A stretch of DNA of 32,000 nucleotides from Candidatus Saccharimonadota bacterium (GTDB lineage: Archaea > Nanohalarchaeota > Nanosalinia > Nanosalinales > Nanosalinaceae): NCBI RefSeq assembly GCF_029232205.1, contig NZ_CP107255.1:30001-62000 (forward strand), in the 5' to 3' direction. Of the stretch, positions 1 through 6,675 are shown piece by piece (position 1 is the stretch's first letter; the number at the start of each line of letters is the position of its first letter). A model generated the notes under the pieces. The model ran no database searches. It was not told where the DNA came from and saw only the letters and a list, made by a program, of their open reading frames with translations. Position numbers and translations under genes: made by a program.

Positions 1-87
1 TTTGCCTGTTTCTGCGACTATTTCCTCTCCAGGCTGGATTTTTACTTCGAGGAAGGGTGAGAAGTCTCCTTTGATTCTGTATTCCAT
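1..87 (-). CDS. N-terminal 29 codons of a TIGR00266/DUF124 (AIM24-like) family protein; the gene runs off the left edge
   Basis: The reverse strand reads ATG at 87 followed by MEYRIKGDFSPFLEVKIQPGEEIVAETGK. This resembles, from memory, the conserved N-terminus of the DUF124/TIGR00266 family. It is too short for the ORF track. Confidence 0.45.
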   Translation of the reverse strand, partial: MEYRIKGDFSPFLEVKIQPGEEIVAETGK

Positions 88-128
88 AAGAGTTGATTGG
101 AGGCCTTGTTGAAAAGCTTTCTTTTGAT

Positions 129-1196
129 TCAGTCTATAAAGTCCTTTACTGTTTCGAAGAAGGTTTTGCTTTCCTCTTTCTCTCTTCTGAGTTCTTCCAT
201 GACTTCTCGTTGTTCCTCAGAGAGTTTTTCCGGTATCTCAACGTCTACCTTGATGAACAGGTCTCCTGTTCTGCGACCTCTTCTGGAAGGCATTCCCTTG
301 TCTTTGACTCTCAGTACCTGGCCTGGCTGTGTTCCGCTTGGTATGTCTACCTGGATTTCCGAGTCCGGTGTCGGAACTGTTATCTGTGTGCCCAGTGATG
401 CATCGCCGACTCCTATTTTTGCGGTTGTGAATAGGTCGTTGTCTCGTCTTTCCAGTGAGTCATGTGGTTCAACGGTGACTCTGATTATCAGGTCTCCTGG
501 TCTGCCGTTTGATTCGTTTCCTTTGCCTGCGACTTTCAGTCTCTGTCCATCCTTAACTCCTGAAGGAATGTCTACTGTAATGGTTTCCTTCTGTTCTGTA
601 AGGCCTTCTCCGTTACATTCCGAGCATTTAGTTTCGGGTATGTTTCCTGTTCCGTTGCACTGCGGGCATTCTGTTACTGTCTGTGTGCGGCCGAAAGGTG
701 TTCTCTGAACCTGTCTTACCTGGCCCTGACCCTCACACTCTGTGCATGTTGATGTGTTGCCGTTTTCTGCCCCACTACCGTTACATTCCGGACATTCCTT
801 TCTTCTTTTTACCTGGAAGCTTTTTTCAATTCCCTTGTAGGCCTCTTCCAGTGTTATCGATGTCTGGATTCTAAGATTCTGGCCTGAGCTGCGGCCTCTT
901 CCACCTCCTCCGAAAAGATGCTCGAAAATATCCTGGAAGTTCTGTGATGCTCTCTGCTGTCCTGCACGTGCGTTTCCTTCTACGCCCTGTTTGCCGAATC
1001 TGTCGTATTTCTTCCTTTTTTCTTCGTCTGAGAGAACGTCGTAGGCCTTGTTAATCTTCTTGAACTTTTCCTCATCAGCTGTATCAGAATTTGAGTCTGG
1101 GTGGTATTTTTTGGCCTTTTTTCTGTAGGCCTTTTTGATTTCGTCCTGGCTTGCGTCTTCGCTGACTCCTAGAAGTTCGTAGTATTCTTTCGCCAA
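129..1196 (-). CDS. dnaJ: Chaperone DnaJ (Hsp40, type I)
   Basis: It has a J domain with HPD (KKYHPDSN), a G-rich linker (FGGGGRGR) and four CxxCxGxG zinc-finger repeats ([32 protein letters not shown]). The start is TTG, preceded by GGTGA 7 nt upstream. Confidence 0.95.
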   Translation of the reverse strand: MAKEYYELLGVSEDASQDEIKKAYRKKAKKYHPDSNSDTADEEKFKKINKAYDVLSDEEKRKKYDRFGKQGVEGNARAGQQRASQNFQDIFEHLFGGGGRGRSSGQNLRIQTSITLEEAYKGIEKSFQVKRRKECPECNGSGAENGNTSTCTECEGQGQVRQVQRTPFGRTQTVTECPQCNGTGNIPETKCSECNGEGLTEQKETITVDIPSGVKDGQRLKVAGKGNESNGRPGDLIIRVTVEPHDSLERRDNDLFTTAKIGVGDASLGTQITVPTPDSEIQVDIPSGTQPGQVLRVKDKGMPSRRGRRTGDLFIKVDVEIPEKLSEEQREVMEELRREKEESKTFFETVKDFID

Positions 1197-1277
1197 CGAA
1201 CTTTCACCAAAGTTTGATCATGGTTAAACCGCTTGCAGTGGCTTCTGGATTTTTGAAAGAAAGAGGAGAGGAGGACA

Positions 1278-3215
1278 TTATTCCTCTTCCTCGTCGGTGT
1301 CTACTTCTTCGTAGTCTGCGTCGACTACGTCGTCTCCTCCTGCTCCAGATTCTCCGCCCATTCCTCCCATGTTCTGGGCTGCCTGTTTGAGGTCTTCTTC
1401 GCTCATGTTGGAAGGGTCGAAACCTGCACCTCCCATTCCACCAGGACCTCCTTGCTGGCCGTCGTACATTTCTTTGCCGATTTCTTGGAGGGATTCTTCG
1501 AGGCCTTCGATTGCGTCTTCGATTGTTTCTTTCGCCTCTTCGAGGTCTTCAATCTCCTCTGCTTCCTCTCGTGCTTCCTGTACTTCTTCGATTGCGTCTT
1601 CAATTTTCTCGGTTATTTCTTCGTCTACTTCGTCTTCGAAGTTGTCGAGCTGGGTTTCTGCCTGACTGATCATCTGGTCGGCCTTGTTCTTGGCCTCGAT
1701 GAACTCGCGTTTCTTCCGGTCTTCTTCCTCGTGTTTCTCTGCTTCTTCCTTCATTTCCTCGATTTCATCTTCGTCAAGTCGGGAAGTATCATCGATACTG
1801 ATTGAGGCCTCTTCTCCGCTCTGCTGTTCTTCTGCAGATACTTGTAGGATGCCGTCTGCGTCGATTTCGAATGTTACGTCGATTTGTGGCTGGCCTGCTG
1901 GTGCTGGTGGGAGTCCTTCGAGGTTGAACTGGCCTAGTGATTTGTTGTCGGAGGCCATTTCTCTTTCTCCCTGTACTACGTTGATGGTTACTGCTGTCTG
2001 GTTGTCCATTGCTGTGGTGAATGTTTTGGATTCTTCTGCAGGTACGGTGGTGTTTTTCTCGATTAGTCTTTCTGTTAGGCCTCCTTTGACTTCTACACCT
2101 AATGAAAGCGGCGCTACGTCAAGTAGGAGGATGTCGTCCATTTCTCCTGTGATGCTTCCTGCCTGGATTGATGCGCCCTGTGCAACGGCTTCTGCAGGGT
2201 TGACTTCCTGGTTCGGTTTCTGTGCTGTGATCGCCTGAACATGTTCTCTTACTGCTGGCACTCTTGTGGTTCCACCGACTAGGATAACTTCGTCGATATC
2301 TCCTTTTTCGATACCGGCGTCGCTGATTGCGGTCTTGGTTGGCTCTGTCGTCCTCTGAATCAGGTCCTCGACAAGATCCTCGAACTTGGAGCGTGTTAGC
2401 TCATAGTCAATATTGTATGTTTCTCCGTCTTCCTGGTGGATGAACGGAATGTTGATCTTGGCCTGTTTTCTTGAGGAAAGCTCCTTCTTGACTTCCTCAG
2501 CCTTCTCTCTGATTCTCTGCATGGCCTCGTCTTCATCTGAGAGGTCGATTCCGTTTTCATCCTCGAACTTTTCGAGCACCCAGTCAACGATCTCTTCGTC
2601 AAAGTCGTCGCCACCGAGATCGTTGTCTCCCTCGGTACTCTGTACTTCGTATATTCCATCTCCCATTTCTAGTACTGTGACGTCGAATGTTCCGCCACCA
2701 AAGTCGTACACAAGAACAGTCTGTTCTTTATCATCGTCAAGGCCGTATGCAAGTGCTGCTGCGGTTGGCTCGTTGAGTATTCTTTCTACTTCAAGGCCTG
2801 CGATCTCTCCTGCATCCTTTGTGGCCTGTCTCTGAGTGTCATCGAAGTGAGCGGGAACAGTAATTACGGCCTTCTCTACATTGTTGCCTAGCTTGTCTTC
2901 GGCATCGTTCTTCAGCTTCTGTAGAATCATCGAGGAGATCTCCTGAGGAGTGTACTCGTCTCCGTTGAGCTCTACGGTATAGTCTTCTCCCATGTGGCGT
3001 TTGATGGATTTAACGGTATTTTCTTCGTTTGTCACCCTCTGGTTTTTGGCCTGTTTTCCGACCAGTCTTTCTTCGTCGTCAAAGGCCACTATGGAAGGAG
3101 TGATTCTTTCTCCTTCGTTGTTTTCCAGAATTTTTGGTTCTCCGTCCTGGATTGCTGCCATTGCGCTTCTTGTCGTACCTAGGTCGATGCCGATAATCTT
3201 GTTTCCTTTGCTCAT
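1278..3215 (-). CDS. dnaK: Chaperone DnaK (Hsp70)
   Basis: Hsp70 signatures are present: [28 protein letters not shown]. The acidic C-terminal tail is [18 protein letters not shown] lies 7 nt upstream of the ATG. Confidence 0.97.
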   Translation of the reverse strand: MSKGNKIIGIDLGTTRSAMAAIQDGEPKILENNEGERITPSIVAFDDEERLVGKQAKNQRVTNEENTVKSIKRHMGEDYTVELNGDEYTPQEISSMILQKLKNDAEDKLGNNVEKAVITVPAHFDDTQRQATKDAGEIAGLEVERILNEPTAAALAYGLDDDKEQTVLVYDFGGGTFDVTVLEMGDGIYEVQSTEGDNDLGGDDFDEEIVDWVLEKFEDENGIDLSDEDEAMQRIREKAEEVKKELSSRKQAKINIPFIHQEDGETYNIDYELTRSKFEDLVEDLIQRTTEPTKTAISDAGIEKGDIDEVILVGGTTRVPAVREHVQAITAQKPNQEVNPAEAVAQGASIQAGSITGEMDDILLLDVAPLSLGVEVKGGLTERLIEKNTTVPAEESKTFTTAMDNQTAVTINVVQGEREMASDNKSLGQFNLEGLPPAPAGQPQIDVTFEIDADGILQVSAEEQQSGEEASISIDDTSRLDEDEIEEMKEEAEKHEEEDRKKREFIEAKNKADQMISQAETQLDNFEDEVDEEITEKIEDAIEEVQEAREEAEEIEDLEEAKETIEDAIEGLEESLQEIGKEMYDGQQGGPGGMGGAGFDPSNMSEEDLKQAAQNMGGMGGESGAGGDDVVDADYEEVDTDEEEE

Positions 3216-3295
3216 TGTTGGTTCACCTATTTTACACTCTAGACTATTTTTTGATTACGTGAATAAAAATTTTTAAATCAGATGTTTAAAATCCT

Positions 3296-3790
3296 TTACT
3301 CCTCTTCTTTGCCGACCACGACCTCTGCTTCTCTGATTATCTGGTCGTCGAACATGTAGCCTTTTCTTTTCTGTCGGAGCACCTGGTTGTGTTGGCCGGT
3401 TTCTGTTTCGACTGCTTTGTGTAGTTCTGGGTCGAATTCCTCTCCTTCTGCATCTATTTTTTGAAGGCCTTTTTTCTCCAGTGTTTCGTAGAGCTGGTCA
3501 GATACCATTTTCACTCCCTGTACTACTGTTGAGTCTTCGTCGGCTGATAGAATTGCTCTTTCAAGGTTGTCAAGTACTTCGATGAGGTCTTCTGCCAGTT
3601 TTTGCTGGGCCTGTTTCGCCCATCTGTCTTTTCTCTCCTGTTCTTTCTTCTTGTAGTTCTCGAAGTCGGCCTTGACTTTTTTCGCCAGTTCCTCTTTTTC
3701 GTCTCTGTCTTCCTGTACTTCTGCAAGTTCTTCTTCGATTTCCTGCAGGGCCTCTTCTAGTTGTTCTCTGGAGAGTTCTTCGTAGCTCAT
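3296..3790 (-). CDS. grpE: Nucleotide exchange factor GrpE
   Basis: It has a coiled-coil N-terminus and a GrpE C-terminal domain (FDPELHKAV...GYMFDDQIIREAEVVV). It sits upstream of dnaK and dnaJ on the same strand. An A/T-rich TATA-like element (AAAATAAAAG) lies about 27 nt upstream of the ATG. Confidence 0.9.
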   Translation of the reverse strand: MSYEELSREQLEEALQEIEEELAEVQEDRDEKEELAKKVKADFENYKKKEQERKDRWAKQAQQKLAEDLIEVLDNLERAILSADEDSTVVQGVKMVSDQLYETLEKKGLQKIDAEGEEFDPELHKAVETETGQHNQVLRQKRKGYMFDDQIIREAEVVVGKEEE

Positions 3791-3828
3791 CGGTGAGAAA
3801 GATTGTTGGCTAATCTTTTATTTTGTAT

Positions 3829-4236
3829 TCAGTTCAGGCATCGGTATGTGAATCTGTTGTTTCTTCCTATTACCTCTATAAGATCTGATCTGTTGAGGTC
3901 TGTGTTGTATATTTCAAGCCTGAAGTCTCTCTGAGGGTCAACAATCTGTGGCTGGAAAGAGTAATCTTCTTCTGGAGGCCTCTGATTGATTATTACCTTT
4001 AGTTTTGAGGTGTTGATGGCCTTAGTATTACTGTTTCTGATGTAGACTGTTGTCTGGGCGGGGTTGCTGTTGCAGGCCTCTATCGTTATCTGATCCTGGT
4101 CAAAGATATTTGCTTCCTGTCTTGCGTTCTGCTGGACCTGGTTGATCTGCAGATAGATTGCTCCTGAGGCTGCTACAGTGACTGTTATGAGAAGGGTGAC
4201 GGCCACTACAGGTGTTATTCCTTTTCTTTCGCCCAT
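3829..4236 (-). CDS. Archaeal type IV pilin-like protein with a class III signal peptide (Pilin_N/DUF1628-type N-terminus)
   Basis: MGERKG|ITPVVAVTLLITVTVAASGAIY matches the prepilin-peptidase motif (K/R)G followed by a hydrophobic helix. I start the gene at the internal ATG (4236) rather than the ORF-track start at 4329. Two Cys residues (EACNS, YRCLN) lie in the globular part. Confidence 0.7.
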   Translation of the reverse strand: MGERKGITPVVAVTLLITVTVAASGAIYLQINQVQQNARQEANIFDQDQITIEACNSNPAQTTVYIRNSNTKAINTSKLKVIINQRPPEEDYSFQPQIVDPQRDFRLEIYNTDLNRSDLIEVIGRNNRFTYRCLN

Positions 4237-4299
4237 GTTATGCAATGAGTTTTTCTGGTTTATGACTTTCCGGTTGTTTGATATACCTCCTTTGTTAAG

Positions 4300-4794
4300 A
4301 TGTTTTGTATGTCTGATGATGAGAAGCATCCTTTTGTTGATGAGGCGGCCCGTAAGTCGTCTACTATCGTAACTAAAAACTCGATTGCTATTCCTCGTGA
4401 TTCAAAGAAGTATAAGAAGTCTGATAGGGCCTGGAACTGGGAGAAGATTGTTGACCTGTTTTTCCCTCAGGAACAGTCTCCGAAGAGAAACAAGTATGCG
4501 AAAATTTTTCTCCGTGAGTTGAAGGATGAGGGCGAGATTGATTCTGAGAAGTTGAATAACTTCGGTGAATGGGGTCATGAGAAAGGCCTGAGTAATTTGA
4601 AGAATAATATTTTGCCTAAGCTGCGGCGTATAGGTGTTATTCAGTATGAGTATCTGGAGTATCGTGGGCAGCGTGAGGGCAAGCAGGGCCGCCGAAAAGT
4701 TGTGAAGCCTGCAAGGTCTTTCACTTCAATACTTGACTCTATGGCTAATGGTTGGGCTGCATTTGAGTCGGCAGCGTATCAGTCTAACGAATAG
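4300..4794 (+). CDS. Hypothetical basic protein, possible winged-helix DNA-binding protein
   Basis: This is a 164-aa ORF, K/R-rich in an otherwise acidic proteome. The segment GLSNLKNNILPKLRRIGVIQYEY looks like a recognition helix plus wing. The alternative start ATG at 4309 fits a TATA-like TTTGATATA at 4277-4285. It is divergent from the pilin-like gene. Confidence 0.55.
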   Translation: MFCMSDDEKHPFVDEAARKSSTIVTKNSIAIPRDSKKYKKSDRAWNWEKIVDLFFPQEQSPKRNKYAKIFLRELKDEGEIDSEKLNNFGEWGHEKGLSNLKNNILPKLRRIGVIQYEYLEYRGQREGKQGRRKVVKPARSFTSILDSMANGWAAFESAAYQSNE

Positions 4795-4845
4795 CTCCCG
4801 CTATCGCGATTTTAAAGGCCTGTACGGGAACTTTCTCTATTATTC

Positions 4846-4959
4846 TTAGAGAGTTTGAACTGCTACGACGTTTGCTTCAGGGTGTACCTGTGCCTGTGTC
4901 TGTTCTTCTTCAAGCTGTGCCTGAAGTTCGACTTCGAAGTGTCGTGCGTTTGCGTCCAT
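4846..4959 (-). CDS. Candidate small ORF (37 aa), unknown function
   Basis: The ORF reads MDANARHFEVELQAQLEEEQTQAQVHPEANVVAVQTL* and is preceded by GGTGA 9 nt upstream of the ATG. It is acidic like the rest of the proteome and below the ORF-track length cutoff. Confidence 0.25.
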   Translation of the reverse strand: MDANARHFEVELQAQLEEEQTQAQVHPEANVVAVQTL

Positions 4960-4989
4960 TGTTTGTTGTCACCTGTTTTGGTGGTTGGT

Positions 4990-5340
4990 TGTATGGTTCA
5001 AGTAGTGTTTAGCTGGTGGGTTGAATATGCAACCGTGGAGCAGCCCGCACCTTGCAAGCACGACCTGCTCCCGATTCCAAGGTCTACCTATGTTCCACAG
5101 AGGTAGAAGAATTGGAATCAACTTTTCCAGAGGCCTTGAGTATTCGCGGTCGGCACTTGACTCCCGTAGGAGCCAAGGCTTCATCCCGCTTTACTCTGCC
5201 AGGAAGTTAATAATGGAGAATTTAGCCTTGGCCCTGGTCAGATGTGTATAGCAATAGCTCACGGAATCCATCCACATGTTTTCCGGAGCCGGTGTATTTT
5301 GTACCAAGGCCATTTTCACCTGAAAGTTGGGAGTAGTCGT
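4990..5340 (-). ncRNA. Candidate structured non-coding RNA, family unassigned (SRP RNA or RNase P RNA are the obvious candidates); boundaries approximate
   Basis: No credible ORF is present. There are nested helices: 5073-5119 (GATTCCAA..TTGGAATC enclosing TCTACCT..AGGTAGA, loop containing GGAA on the minus strand), 5037-5071 (GGAGCAG..CTGCTCC) and 5019-5034 (GGTTG..CAACC). On the minus strand 5161-5172 reads CUCC-UACG-GGAG, a UNCG-type tetraloop. An 8-bp long-range pairing joins 5172-5179 and 5225-5232. Strand is assigned from the UACG and GGAA loops. Confidence 0.35.
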
Positions 5341-5348
5341 TTTTAAGT

Positions 5349-6110
5349 CTATTGCTTGGAGGGGATATGAGGTTCGAAGACTTCTCCTGTCAGACGCTTG
5401 TGAACTATTTCTAGGAGGTCCTGAAGGTTCCGGGCGTCGTACTGGTTGTATCTTACAAGTTTGTCCAGTGCGTCCTGATTGTTGTTTCTCTCGTATTTTT
5501 TCCAGAGTCTGACTGCTTCGCGGCCGTCAATGTCTTCAAGCTCTCTGTCGACGTTTAACTGTTTCTCTATCTTCTTGAGGCCTCCTGAGTATCCTATTCT
5601 TTTGAAGAGGTACATGAGGTCGATATGAGGAACTTTGATATCCATGTCGAAGTTATGCTCGAGGAATGGCTGGTCAAAACGCTTTCCGTTGAATGATACA
5701 AGTATCTTGGATTCAAACATCTCCTCTTCTAGGCGCTCCTTGGTCAGATCCTGGCCTTGGATGAGTGTCCGTGATTCGCCGTCTCGGTGGAAGCTGACGG
5801 TAGTAACTTTGTTTCTTTTCTTGTCGAGGCCTGTGGTCTCGATGTCGAAGAAGCATGCGTTCTCCTCGAAGTTTCTGTATAGTCTCCAGAGGCTTTTGTT
5901 TGGTAGTTTTTCTTTGAAGAATACTGAGTTCCCTACATCCAGATTTCTGCGGGCCTTTCCCACGAACTCCGATATTTTCTGTTGCTTGTTGGAGCTGATT
6001 TCGCTGGTGTCTTCTACGTGGTCCCAGTGGGTTATTCCTTTTTTCCAGAGCTTCTGCTCTGTCTTTTCTCCTACTCCGGGTGCCAAGATAAAGCTGTTTT
6101 CAATCCGCAT
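5349..6110 (-). CDS. Predicted exonuclease, RNase H-like superfamily (YprB/COG3359-type)
   Basis: It carries a DEDD-type motif, FFDIETTGL, followed by LVSFNGKRFDQPFL and a C-terminal YNQYDARNL. The N-terminus has a helix-hairpin-helix-like APGVGEKTEQKL. Confidence 0.75.
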   Translation of the reverse strand: MRIENSFILAPGVGEKTEQKLWKKGITHWDHVEDTSEISSNKQQKISEFVGKARRNLDVGNSVFFKEKLPNKSLWRLYRNFEENACFFDIETTGLDKKRNKVTTVSFHRDGESRTLIQGQDLTKERLEEEMFESKILVSFNGKRFDQPFLEHNFDMDIKVPHIDLMYLFKRIGYSGGLKKIEKQLNVDRELEDIDGREAVRLWKKYERNNNQDALDKLVRYNQYDARNLQDLLEIVHKRLTGEVFEPHIPSKQ

Positions 6111-6171
6111 CTAGTTCACTCAAGAAAAATAAGAAAGGTAATAGGTAAAAATCATACTGGCCGCGAAAGAC

Positions 6172-6369
6172 TTACTGAGAAGCCTTTACGTCGTCGGCCT
6201 GTACAGTCTTTCTGCCAGCGTGCTGAGCGTATTCTTTTGCTTCTCGTGCTCTGTCGCTAGCGTACTCTTCCAGTTCATCTCTTAGTTCCTCTACTGCATC
6301 TTCGGAAACTCTGGATGCTCCGGACTGTTTGATGATTCTCTTTACAGGTGCTAGTGGTAGTTCTGCCAT
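6172..6369 (-). CDS. Archaeal histone (HMf family histone fold)
   Basis: MAELPLAPVKRIIKQSGASRVSEDAVEEL...HAGRKTVQADDV aligns with the HMfB pattern (ELPIAPIGRIIK...HAGRKTIKAEDI). I place the start at ATG 6369 because GGAGGTGA (6378-6385) lies 8 nt upstream. The ORF-track start at 6381 is a GTG inside that SD. Confidence 0.9.
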   Translation of the reverse strand: MAELPLAPVKRIIKQSGASRVSEDAVEELRDELEEYASDRAREAKEYAQHAGRKTVQADDVKASQ

Positions 6370-6377
6370 GGTAATTG

Positions 6378-6385
6378 TCACCTCC
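6378..6385 (-). promoter_or_regulatory. Shine-Dalgarno sequence GGAGGTGA for the histone gene
   Basis: This is a strong SD-like GGAGGTGA motif, 8 nt upstream of the ATG at 6369. The same GGTGA core is found upstream of dnaJ, dnaK, tyrA, cdc48 and other genes. Confidence 0.6.
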
Positions 6386-6620
6386 TTTTGGAGAAATTGA
6401 TATCTTCTATTACGTATATTGTTTGTGTCCCTATAAAAACCTTGGGTTAAATACGGCTTTCATTCTGTCATTACGCCATCAGAAATGCTTGCTTGGAACC
6501 TAGAGGATTATATGTAATCCTATGTTATGATTCAAACTTCATTTGATCCTTCAATAACAACTACCTGAATTTTTCGTACTCAATTATACCTAGAACATTT
6601 CAGTGAGGTCAAGGCCTTTT

Positions 6621-6632
6621 CTGTGTACACAG
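6621..6632. promoter_or_regulatory. Perfect 12-bp palindrome CTGTGTACACAG upstream of polB (candidate operator)
   Basis: The palindrome is seen directly. It lies about 44 nt upstream of the polB ATG and just upstream of an A/T-rich TATA-like stretch (TTAATTTTT, about 6648-6656). Confidence 0.3.
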
Positions 6633-6675
6633 GTGCAGGCCAGATACTTAATTTTTCGAATAAAAATTCTGTTGT

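Noticed and set aside
97-708. Long antisense ORFs opposite confident genes: 97-708 (+), 1684-2238 (+), 11264-11947 (+), 14779-15702 (-, 307 aa), 18501-19067 (+), 21324-21881 (-), 23858-24526 (+) and others.
   Set aside because: They lie entirely inside, and antisense to, genes with clear family signatures. Their products are Ser/Leu/Arg/Ile-rich and basic, unlike the acidic proteome. The reverse complements of GAx/GAA-rich codons rarely generate stops, so long shadow ORFs are expected.
4990-5035. Possible tRNA, suggested by GGTTCAAGT and the GGTTG-AATATG-CAACC hairpin.
   Set aside because: The loop is 6 nt rather than the 7-nt T-loop consensus. I could not build an acceptor, D or anticodon arm, and no cloverleaf is possible.
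4855-5251. ORFs of 71-83 aa in the 4855-5251 region (4855-5106 +, 4969-5184 -, 5021-5251 +).
   Set aside because: They overlap one another, are Cys/Leu/Arg/Pro-rich and non-acidic, and lack SD or TATA context. The region's nested helices fit an RNA better than a protein.
6382-6675. Possible replication origin next to polB (AT-rich region with palindromes).
   Set aside because: I could not find repeated ORB or mini-ORB-like elements, and no orc1/cdc6 gene is adjacent. The region is adequately explained by the histone and polB promoters.
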